From NCBI GenBank assembly GCA_973895155.1, contig OZ316892.1, positions 7,175,251 to 7,239,250 of the forward strand: 64,000 nt of DNA, written 5' to 3'. Shown one piece after another: positions 12,055 to 23,158 of this stretch. Under the pieces are notes generated by a model. It was not told the DNA's origin. It ran no database searches and saw nothing but the letters and a program-made list of their open reading frames with translations. How positions within the stretch are numbered: position 1 is the stretch's first letter; the number at the start of each line of letters is the position of its first letter. Both the position numbers and the translations under genes were made by a program. The DNA comes from Marsupella aquatica. Its lineage: Eukaryota > Plantae > Marchantiophyta.

Positions 12055-15000
12055 TCAATACAACTTGCACAGATGAGGTCTACTGCAGAATTGACGCCCA
12101 TTAATCCTGACAAGAGCAGCAACTCCAGCTGTGATACCCGCCCAGAGAACTGAAAACAAAAACTGATATGCATCTTCCCCAACTGCAAAGAAACACACAG
12201 GCGTTAAAAGAAATCCTGTGCTCATATAGCAATGGAATATATTCAAAGAAGACATGATTGTCTATACAATTGAACAAAAGTGTTGGTGTTCACAGAAAAA
12301 GCAAAAACAAACTATATTTCACCTTGGCGAAGTGACATTGTTGTGAGAGTGGCGCCCGTGACAATCAATGCTGAAGCCACAGGAAGGTACTGAAAAGCCA
12401 ATTCAATCAATAATGCACATCAGTTATGAACAATTGAGGAGAATTAAGACGTAGTGTGTTGCCAAAAATAATTCCAGCTGCTTCAGTAAAATCTAGAAAC
12501 TCCATAGCAGAGATTTCATTTTGAGAGACTTTCAACCACGGTGACTATTACTATCTGATTTGATACCTACTTGTCCTACCTTGATACCAACAGCAACAAG
12601 TGGGAAGACCACTATCTCAAGTAACAACTTACACCGCTGGACCAAAATGAAGATGAAAAATGAAGAAAATGTGAGTGCCAGGAGATCACTCACCGCAATC
12701 GCCTCAAACGAATTCAGCTCAAATGGGGATGGATTGCTGCGACTCACTGTGTAGTGGCCTGCAATCAAGTCCATAGCATCCTGCGCAATATACTCGGCCA
12801 ATTCAATTCTGAATCCCGAACTGCAGACTAGTAAGACCAACAATCCATGCCCAATTCTCTAATAATTCCTATTCTCCAAGTCTTAAAATGATGAGTAAGT
12901 CAGAAGATGGTACTTATCAATCACTGCTATGAGAATTCGTTACACATGTTGCCATTCTCCACTATCACTTGAGAGGGATGAAAAATCAAAGACTGATTTA
13001 GTCTGTTTGGACCAGATACAGCTTGTTAAATTCAAATAGGAAAACATTTAACTCACCTGTCTAATACCATCTGTGAAGTTGTTATAGTAGTAGCGGGCAA
13101 GAGCATTGACGCCATCTTGGACAAGTCCCTGAAATGAGCGCTTACCATATCTTCAACAAATGGCACAAGAAACGCTTGTTGGTTAGATGGCCGGAGGAAT
13201 TGTAAGGAGTGGGGAAACAAAGATACCCTCACTACAAGTTTCGCATGTTTGTCGTGGTACAATCCTAAAAGGCAATTTGTCGCAACAAATACTGATGTTC
13301 CCTTCATGCGAGGCTTCTTACTTCGCTTCCCTCAAACGTGAAGCACTACAAGCAATAGCATACCTCACAAAGTCTCCTTTCAAAGCTTGCGTGCCCGAGT
13401 ACTGTATACTTATCTCATCTCCATGATTCGCCCACACTGTCAAAGTTACGAAGGACAAAATATCATGAACATTCCACAAAGGAAATCGTGGGTCAGCCAA
13501 CATCTGCAATCCATCAGAAGGATCATCTTAACTGCCATGGGTTGAGAAGAGTAATATCACTTACAAACTTTAAACTTCTCATCAAATGTGAAGTGGTGAC
13601 CCACAGCCTCTCCTGACTTGAAGAGTCCAATACGCGTAAGTTGAGCCTCCAAAGACTTCCGCCCAAGTAGACTCTACAACAGAGGAATATTTGAGTTTGA
13701 TAGTGACAAACATGAAAACCAATTTGGCATTCCACGAAAAACTATTGAAAAATAATTGCTCGGGCTACAGGGGAATGTACCTGAGTTACATTAGTGCGAT
13801 CCAAGCAATCAATGCAGTTTGTTCGTACGACCCCTCTCTGCTCCTGAAGTCGCATCCCTGAAGACGTCACTAAATAATACCTGCTTGACAACCATTATCA
13901 TCTGAATAACCTTAACGCAGAGGTACATATTGGGGCCTCAGTCCTCTCTCTCTAGTAACTCAATTACTAAAGGCAGATGCAAAGATGCATGCAGCCAGTG
14001 CCCTTTACATAATCACGCCTAAAAGGATGTTCCCCTCTTTTTGAATTAAAAAAAATCGGAGCAGCCATCTTGCATTAAGAGATTAGAGCATTACCATCTT
14101 GAAGGTAGCTGGAAGTTATCGAAATTAAGACTTACCCTTGATCCACTGTCGTCTCTTCAATTTGTTCATATAGCTGAGAAAGTCGCTCAAAATGAATATG
14201 CCCACAGATCTTGTGGAAGTCAAAAGCCACGTATCTGCACAGAGTCGATAAACACATAATCAAAATACGGGGACGGTCTAGGAGGGAGACCTTCTCTAGT
14301 AGCCACGGGCATCTACAGTTGGCTCATTTTTCAGGTACTTCCTAATTCCTAGTGATAAATTTGTACCTCAGGGAATCATTTGTCACATTCTGCATAGCAG
14401 CTCCATAAGCTTCACTTAAAACACCTTCAGTTCCTTGCTGTAGAAAACAAAGCACAAAATATGAAAATCCCAAGTACCAGGACGGAAAATAAGTGTCTAC
14501 ACAATCTCAAAAGCATGACCAGTAAAAATCACTATGGCCTCTACAGAGCATTTTTTAAAGAAATTTCATAGAGAGCAGGATCACAGCATATACCTGATTA
14601 ATTAAATCGAGAGCCAGCACAGATCCATATCTCTGAGCAAGGTCACGAAAGTGCTTTTCCACCACCTTCGGCTGCAATCATATTGAATCCCAACTTCAGA
14701 TTCTAAAACTCCAAACAATATTTAAGGTCCCCAGAAAAGATCTTACGAATTCTAATGAAGACGACGAAGATGCACACGCGCACCTATGGGTTGCTCAAAA
14801 TTATCTTCCAAACAGGTAGCCTGCCTCATATAATCATGCATAAAACTAGTGTAGAAACTCGTCAGCCCCTTTCAGCACCCTTAACAGGATGTCAAGACAA
14901 AGAAATTGCAAATAAGTCCTTTGTTAAAATCGACTCAGTTAAAAGACGCACCAATATATATAAAATTCATTACCTCCAGGAAATTTACCCACCGTTTCAT

Positions 15001-18000
15001 TGAGTTGGATTGCTTTTATCGTCGGCTTATACGTGAGATCAACAATCTGCTCCCAAAGAAGAGGAATGGAACCACGAACCTGTACCCAGGAAGCAGAAAG
15101 CAGGAATTGACTATGATAATACACAATCAGCTCTGATGCAAAGGGAAAATAAAGACATGATCCCCTTGGTAATTATTGCAAGGGAGTCGATCTAGCCGGA
15201 TATTGCAGCCTAGGAATCAAATTCGTCTGACAACGTTACACACCAATGCGCAAAACTATAGCTGCTAAAGAGAACTCATACGAGCAATGCTTATCTATCT
15301 GGGTACATGCTTCCACACCTGGACGTAAGAGGAAAGAAACCCATCGGCCTCAACAATTTGCTCAGTTTCAACAAAATTCGCTACATGACCTTCTAGGTCA
15401 GCTCCCCTGCGCCACATTCGAGTACCTGCCCAAAGGATTTGGGGAATTCATGCTGTGAATGGGCTTGGAAAGAAATTGAGAGAGTACCCATCCACAAAAC
15501 AGACTAAATCGCTACACGTTAAACATAAGTTCCCCCATGAACTTAATGGTTTAGAAAGTGAAGCCAAGTTCCCTAAAAGTATTCGTCCCCCAACGTTGTA
15601 CAACATGGCCACGCAAGAGAAATTAGATAAGAATCGCTTGGATAGCGACGGCCCTTGCCTAGCAAAATTGAAAGTGCTAGTCCAGGAGAAACAATCAGTC
15701 GACCCCTTGAGTATACAAAACTTAACAAACTCGCCATGACCCTACCGCAAGTTCCATTTCACATAAAAGACAGTCGTTGACCAGGTAAGTACAACAGTCA
15801 AAAGTTGCGAGAATGTCATACCTATACGTCTTGTGCAGCGCCTGGACACTAAAGACACAATAACAGGCTTGTTACTCACGCTCACTTCCAACTGCTGGAA
15901 GCGTGACTTGAGTTAAGGCTCATGTATGAGTCAGCGAAAACATGCATTTGCCATACAGTTGGATTCAATCCAACAAGTCTTCGAGAGGAAAAAACAGCAA
16001 ATCTCCACCCTTGCAGTTCACTGGAACGCGCTTAACGTAGCAAAGAAATGATTGCATTTAAGATTACCTCAATCTGGATAGCGTCTTGTGGGAAAATGAA
16101 GGCCAGATTTTTGGAAAGATATACCTACCTATGATACACTGATTTCCCAACAAAAAAACGTCCACTCAAACTGTACAGACCAGACTAGCACAAAATGACA
16201 AAGTTACAGATCATCAGGAAGATGCACAGAGAAAAACAGTGACGACAGTTATGAAAAAGGATATTGCCTTGTATCACTGGTAGAATGTACAGCTCCGCCT
16301 GCACAGCACACCACGCTTTAAAACGTAGAAGGTTGGCAAGGCAGTTATTACGCAAGAGAGTACGAAGTCTGCAACTTTATTGATAACACTTCTAACCGTG
16401 TCAACTCACCTTGTTCTCTATCAACTCTTCCAGAAGATGTTTGTTCCACAAGAACCTTGGATCCGCCTGACCAATGAATGCTCAAATCATCAAGAGCAGC
16501 CTCACAGAGACATAGTCATATGGGAGCGAGTTGATCAAAATATAATGTCAATGCTGGAGTTGCTTCTATACTAAATTGATTTACAGTTGAAATAAAATAT
16601 TTATGTAAACAAACATTGGTCTATGTCAACCCTTGAGGGAAAAAAACAACTCGGCCACCATCCTCCTCCTGGGAAATGTGACGAGCAGACGACTTTTCCC
16701 AGAGAACACCAGTGAGTAGCAAATGGGGGAAATGGTCGAACATAGCACCTGCTTCCACAGAGGTTGTGCAACCCTGCGATCTGCCAGATCGTGAGCTCTT
16801 TGAGAGCTGCGAAACAACAGATTATCACGACTTTACTGAATTCCCTTCCCTAACACCAAAGAAATACAATCACGTTTACGACATTGTCTGGCAAAAACGT
16901 AAGGCAATCAGACCGCAACGTCTTCACAAATGTTGATCTTCCAAAACCTATTAAACTATTCCTCACAGACACAGCCAGTATGTGCAAACCACATCACAAT
17001 ATCTAGAGTAAAGACACTTACTTCAGAGTCAAATCAGTTTCATACGAAAAGTACAATCCAGATGTGGACTCCACAGCTTTCAACAGAGCTCTAAAATGCG
17101 CCTCGTCTCTTTTCTGTATCACAAATGTGATCCAATCGACAGGAAAATAAATATACAAACGAGATCAAGGGGCCTTCGAATTTATGGGTAGGACTCGGGA
17201 AACACTGACAAGATGGTGAACACACTTGGCATGAAACTTCATTTCAAGGACAAAAGGCAGGAACCAACCTCCTGAGTGTTTGATAGTTTCAGAGTGGAAT
17301 TACAACAAAGGAACTTCATAGACGTCACTAGATATACAGAAGAGCCATGACATGATCCAACTCTCTTTCGTCCCGTAATTACGAGGGCGTAAGTTCCTGC
17401 ATCCCCAAAACACCATCCAGTTTATCCAGTGGACTCATAGCTACTCTTCGGAAGTCCTCAGAAAGCTTTGAATTGTTTTAATGTAATTGGTGATGATTAT
17501 TTGGTATATCCAAATTGCGGAAGAATCTATGAGAGTACATCCCGAAGGTCAAAGCAACCTCCTCCATTAGTCAGCTCCTCAGCTGACTACGCCACTGTAA
17601 ATTCATTACTCTGGCTGGCTCTGCATTTTTTTACAGGCCTCCAAAATCTCGTACCAAGAACATCTGTACTCAAACACTTACAACAATAATAAGCTCACCT
17701 GCCAAAAGCCTCACTACTCCTGCGAGACCAAAGATCGTGGTTGTTTTGGAAGATTGACCAGCAGATGAAGGCGGCAGCTGAGCTGTGGAAGACAACCAAA
17801 GCAATTGATATTTCTGCTCATAAGCAGCGGAAAACTCTAGATTTCCAAAAGCAATGGGTGATGCAAGCTTGCATTACATTTAATTAACTCATAAGCAGGA
17901 CTTTTTAAGAATGCAGCTCGGAAAGTAAGCCTTTGATATATTCCCAATTGCTCTTTATGAATTTTAAGAATCACGTGCTTCGATGCTGCTTGCATTTCTA

Positions 18001-18552
18001 CTGGTATGCAAGCATCAGTCAGACTAAGCAATGCGTCTTGTATTGACTGTTATGGAGTATATATTTACACATATAACAAGATACAAGACATCTTACACCT
18101 TACAACAGACAACCTACATTAGCAAAGAACTCAATCGTTGTCCTGCAATTGGGAGGGACACCTCTCAGGATGCTCATCACACAAACACTGTAGACACAGA
18201 AGAAATCAAATACGGAGGAGAACTTGCTAAACGACCCTCCCATCAGCACAGAGTCAGACAATTGTCTCTGAAATGGATCCACCACGGTGAAATGTCCAGA
18301 AGAGCAGACTGTGACGATGGAGAAAGAAGAAAGGGAGTTGGTGCTGCACCAGCATGTCTCAGTTGACTCTTCTGTTCGAGGCTCGAGGGAAGAAGAGGCA
18401 AACATACTTATCCATTCTAATTGCCCGTCTTCACGATTTACAGAGAGGAACTGAGAGGAATGCGCATCTGTGGGCTCGAAAACAACCCGATCCGGGAGCT
18501 CCCACATCCGCAAACGATCACAAAGCTTGGGGTCTCCTCCAAACGACCCCAT
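12055..18552 (-). CDS. SAC8: SAC-domain phosphoinositide phosphatase (Sac1-like, plant SAC8 subgroup) with two C-terminal TM helices
   Basis: About 20 exons splice into [27 protein letters not shown]...[23 protein letters not shown]...[12 protein letters not shown]...[19 protein letters not shown]...LPVIQGSFQ...[31 protein letters not shown]...[20 protein letters not shown]...[12 protein letters not shown]...[16 protein letters not shown] (CX5R catalytic motif)...[25 protein letters not shown]...[23 protein letters not shown]...[18 protein letters not shown] at 18552, stop at 12055. Confidence 0.95.
15903..16264 (-). other. U12-type (minor spliceosome) AT-AC intron in SAC8
   Basis: Minus strand: CAAGGCA|ATATCCTTTTTC...AGCCTTAACTCAAGTCAC|GCTTCCAGCAG. 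It has the consensus U12 donor ATATCCTT, branch site CCTTAAC close to the 3' end, and an AC terminus. Splicing restores the conserved LPVIQG-S-FQ. Confidence 0.93.
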
Positions 18553-20656
18553 TTCCCTATCTTGAGTTGCCACTTTTGCCGAAATTTGATCCCTGCTCAA
18601 GCCACCCCTAATTAAAGCAAATCCACGATATGTCTCCAGCCTCCAAAGAGATTTCATGCACAAATGGACAAATGGAGAATCCACAATGCCCACACCATAC
18701 CTAAACTCCAAGCCTCTCACAGCAGGGAGGGCAGCTCTCGCGTGGGATGCTCATCGGGGAAGCAGGACATCACAAAATTTATGGAAAATTCGGCTTACCC
18801 TATAGAACGATGTTGGAGACAGACTTCCTCGTGAGCTTTGCCAAAAGCATATTCCACATTCAATTTAAGAGATCGTCACACCCCAATTCTCAAGACACCT
18901 GCATCCGATTACGACGAAAAGCAACCACGGAACCGATCAGAAACCATTCAGCGCCTCGTTGTAGACAAAACTCTCCGCCTGAACTCTGCTACGCAAAGAT
19001 CTTTCGCACACCTCAATTGTTTTAAAGTGACTCTTGGGCCAAACTACTCCAAAGGTTCCAATCGAAGTGCCTCCTAATCTCCAATCACAGCGCAAAAAGC
19101 TCCCCTCCACAAAAATCCAGATCCAGAGTCACCAACGCTACAGGAGAATCACATGCCCGACAACATCACCAAAGAGCACTGATCCAGACACACACCCCAC
19201 AAATCCAAAAACCTTTACAGCAATTACATACCTATACTAAGTAAAGCGGATGGCAGAGGAAAAACAATAGCAACAAAAATTCACTCTAAGCGAAAGGGAT
19301 TTTTGACAGTGCCGTGCCTAAAGCGAGACTACGAAATAATTAACAACCCACTCTTCCGTCTCTCCCTCGCTCCGTCTCTCCAAACGCGCGAAATAATTAT
19401 CACAGTACCGAAGAATGATCGTCTGTCTCCGCCTTCCGAGGGCTCCAAAGAGTCAAATAAAAATCTTCATTCACTTCATCATTCCGCCGTAGCGTGCGAA
19501 GCAATCGGAGATCCAAAAACCGAACCTCCAAAAACTCTTTGCCACCACACTTCGCTCGTCTGGAGAACTCTGGACTGGACTGGACTGAATCGATCGATCG
19601 ATGGATTGAGATTCGCGACACGGTGAGTGAAGACGTGTCTCAAGAGTTTCTTTCCTGCTTTTCCTTCGTTTCCTTCGACGCCATGTCTTTGGGAGGAACG
19701 TGGTCGAGGAGTCCATGGATCCTCCAACACCGACCCTCACCCTCACCCTCTCCCTCTCCCTCTCGACCTCGTGCGGACCCCACTCGGACCCCACTCGGAC
19801 TCATCCTTGACCAAGGTCAATTTTGGTACTTATTTGGATAATGCAACTTTTAGCTATTTTGCCATAAGGTTGCTCCAACTTTAAACAACCCCTTCCCCAA
19901 ATGGTATGAAAGCACCACTGGCCATATAAACGAAGGAGTGTCCAAAACTTTTGGCTTTTTCATATTACTCTTAGAGACCTTGAGACTTTTAGAGTCTGGG
20001 TGGATTGTTTAGTAGCCCCTTTAAAACAAGAATAAATCAATTTTGGGTGACTTGGTACTTGTGCCTCAATGCTATTCCTTTACAAAGTGCCTTCTTCTCA
20101 CCTCTTATTCCTTTCTTAAAGTGTTGGCCCCACTTTTATCCCACATGCCATTTTTCTAGTAGACAATTGAGTGTTAGCCTCTAAACTATGAGAATCCCTT
20201 TAAAAAAAATGGTGGGCCTCGTTTACTCATTATGACTTAGGGTAGCTACAAGTACGTTACTCAAAACCATAAACTTATATAGGAAACAGAACTTTTGAGC
20301 TCTAGTAAACACTAGAGGGGGTGAAAAGTTTGTTTCTCACAACTCTTGGATTCCAGATCACTCTTGTGGATAAATAGCTTAGGGTCTAGGTATCTGTAGA
20401 GTATGAAGAATCCATTTAATATAACTTGAATATAAAAATATAACAACACATTATAACAAAGGATGGACATGATTCAAAAATAAATATAGACCTAAAGGTG
20501 GGGCTCTCAAACAAGAAAATTAAAAAAAGTAAGAGGGGGGTAAAAATAATTTCAAAATCCAAAAATACAAAGGATATACCTTCTCTAGAATAAATTAAAA
20601 AAAAATACATCTAAAAAATCTCCATAAGACAAAGTGACCTGAGTAAGCTCCCCGAC

Positions 20657-20940
20657 CAAGGTAACACCAAAATGCATAAATGGATGTAAATATGAAAGAA
20701 ACATCATAGATTCTTTGCAAGTATCTTTTGGGTTGTATCTCTATTTATGTTCTAGGAAGGAAATCAAGGCTAGTGTGCCTAGTATTGGTTTAATTAGGCA
20801 GAACAAGGTAACACCAAAATGCATGTGTGGAAGCAGAGATAAACTAAACATCGTATATTCTTTTGCAAGTATTTTTTTGGTCTTATTTCTATTTATGTTT
20901 GAGGAAGGGTTAATCAGCTAGTGTTGGTTTGATTAGGCAG
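20657..20940 (+). repeat. Degenerate tandem duplication, ~147-bp unit x2
   Basis: CAAGGTAACACCAAAATGCAT at ~20657 and ~20804, each followed by TTTGCAAGTAT...TCTATTTATGTT...AGGAAGG...TTGGTTT.ATTAGGCAG. Confidence 0.85.
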
Positions 20941-21499
20941 GAATGCACAGTGCACTTAGTTTTGCCTTGCACCTAAGCACTTATGCATGGTGCACTTACA
21001 CCCGGCTGCTACTGTACTTCTACTGGAGAGTACAAGTACAGTACTTGTTACTTTGACACTAAGTGGGAGTCAGGCAACATATTATTTTAGGTGCAAATTT
21101 TAGTCAAATTCCACCTCCCAAAAAAGTGTGCCACTTTTGGCTAAGATTTGCTACATTTTGTGTATGCCATCCTTCACTTTCCCACCCACACCTGGGTCCC
21201 AGTCGCCAGAATTGGTCATCCTTAAATCTAGGGATATCATACGGTCAGTATGCAATCCAAGAAAAAATCACAAAGAATATTCCTATCATCTACTCCTTTA
21301 GAGGCACTAGCCCATTTACCCATTCCTTGCACATACATAGATATGAGAGAAAACAATCTCACATAATAAAATTTCTATGCTATTTCAGTTAATCCTTGTC
21401 TATCCTCATTTTAGTTTTCTCTATCCTCATTTAATTAAATTTTTATTGACACTCATGATCAGTGTATTAAAGGTTAGGGTCTAGAGGCTTCACTCTAGA

Positions 21500-22390
21500 C
21501 CCTAGGCCCTTAAGAGTAGACTTTATTGCCCGGTTTGAAGTGACGGGCAACTTGCCGAGTTGCCCGGCACGTAAACTCGGCATTTGCCGGACCAAAATGC
21601 CTCTATTTGACGCATATTCCATCTTATTCCCCGGCCCGGCCCGAACTTTTCCCGGCCCGGCCCAAACTCTTCCCGGCCTTGTCCCGGATGCTACCACCCT
21701 TCCCGGCAACCAGCCCGGCCCGGCCCGGCCCGGCCCCTCCCCGGACCCGGCCCCTCCCCGGACCCGGACCCGGCCTGCCCCTTCCCGGCCCCGGCCAAAC
21801 AGCAGCCGGGGGCGGGAAGGGGCAGGCCGGGTCTGGGTGGGAGGAGGGGAGGGGAGGGGAGGGGAGGGGAGGGTGAGGAGGGCCGGGTGAGGAGGGGAGG
21901 CTGGGACCGGGAGCCGGGGGATGTCCGAGCCGGGACCGCAGGCCGGGAGATGTGGGAGCAGGGACCGGGGGCCGGGGGATGTGCTCGGGCCAGGACCGGG
22001 GACCGGGGCCGGGACGGAGGAAACAAAAGGGAAACGAGATCGGGTGATGGGGCCGGGAGGTCATGGCCGGGCCAGGCCGGGACCGGGGGATCGAGACCGG
22101 GAGAGGCCGGGTGTCGACTTGCCTGTTGACGGCCTCGGAAGGGTCTATTTGCCGGGCAAATCCAAACCGGGTTTTATTGGCACCCTAGGCCCTTAAGAAT
22201 AGACTTTATTGGCGCTTTTACAGTAAGATTAAGGGTTATGGTATACAGACTTCACGCTAGGCCCTTAAGAGTAGACTTCTTTTAGCCGCTTTTATAATAA
22301 GATAAGATAAGATAAGATGACATTAGTCACAGTGGCTATAAATAATAGACGGGTCTAGAGACTTCACCCTAGGCCCTTAAGAGTAGGCTT
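21500..22390 (+). repeat. Repeated motif CTAGGCCCTTAAGA(G/A)TAG(A/G)CTT, four copies, one followed directly by the TIR element
   Basis: Copies at ~21502, ~22185, ~22257 and ~22369. Also TAAGATGACATT.GTCACAGTGGCTA twice (~22312, ~22414). Confidence 0.8.
21529..22171. mobile_element. Non-autonomous GC-rich TIR DNA element (MITE/fold-back; hAT-like if the TSD is 8 bp)
   Basis: Termini CCCGGTTTG...CAAACCGGG are a perfect 9-bp inverted repeat. Flanks CTTTATTG (21521-21528) and TTTTATTG (22172-22179) form a TSD with one mismatch. The interior is a C-rich CCGG array on the left, a G-rich array on the right, and a central hairpin at ~21762-21838. No transposase ORF. Confidence 0.8.
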
Positions 22391-22849
22391 AGTTCGCCGC
22401 GCCGCTTTTACAATAAGATGACATTCGTCACAGTGGCTACAATTATAAACCTTAAAAAGCACGCTGGCGTCAGGGTTTAAGCCTACTGAGGTTCCGTCTT
22501 CTTCGGGAACACTACTAGTGTACTACTGTCCGCTTCGTCCACTCCGCCATTCGCGTTCGCATCCACATTGGAGCGCGGAGCACGGATTGGACCACCGAAG
22601 ATTCGGCAAACAAACCAGAGATTTTGCGAGCTTCGAGACAGGATTGGAGGAGCGGGAAGGAAAACGAATGCGAAGGAGAGTGGACGGAATGGATTTGGTG
22701 AAGAGAAGGTTGCCTAATGCCGTCTCGTAAAGCGGAGAATCCACCATCATCCTTTGTGTGAATTGCGGCGGGTCGCCGCCAAGGCCAGGCAAGGGAAGGC
22801 AAGGGACGGGAAGGGAAGCTGAAGCTCTTACTTGCTTGGCAGTGAGGAA

Positions 22850-22854
<5 letters not shown>

Positions 22855-22892
<38 letters not shown>

Positions 22893-23073
22893 GACGGCGA
22901 AGGAGAGAAGAGGAGAACGAATTTGAGGAGCAGATTTTTGAGGAGCAGATTTTTGGCAGCAGTGTCTTGTGAACAGGATAATCCATCCATTCTGTGTGTG
23001 TGTGTGTGTGTGAGAACAGGATAATCCATCCATCCATTCTGTGTTTGTGTGTGTGTGTCCGCCGCCAAGCAAG

Positions 23074-23154
<81 letters not shown>
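22855..23154 (+). repeat. Microsatellite cluster in the probable importin-4 5' UTR: (GA)n, (TG)n, and a long (GA)n abutting the ATG
   Basis: (GA)n ~22855-22886, (TG)n ~22993-23012 and ~23040-23057, (GA)n ~23079-23154 directly before ATG 23155. AACAGGATAATCCATCCAT is duplicated at ~22972 and ~23015. Confidence 0.9.

Positions 23155-23158
<4 letters not shown>

Noticed and set aside
18553-18720. N-terminal extension of SAC8 suggested by the 206-aa ORF 18100-18720
   Set aside because: Family similarity begins near [10 protein letters not shown] (ATG 18552). The upstream part looks like 5' UTR or intron, and the part below ~18410 is intron read-through.
21133-21147. CTTTTGGCTAAGAT matches part of the U2 snRNA 5' end
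   Set aside because: Only ~14 nt match; the following CAAGTGTAGTA branch-pairing region and the Sm site are absent.
21467-22196. Pro/Gly/Arg-rich ORFs on both strands
   Set aside because: They are by-products of the stop-poor, GC-rich CCGG array inside the TIR element.
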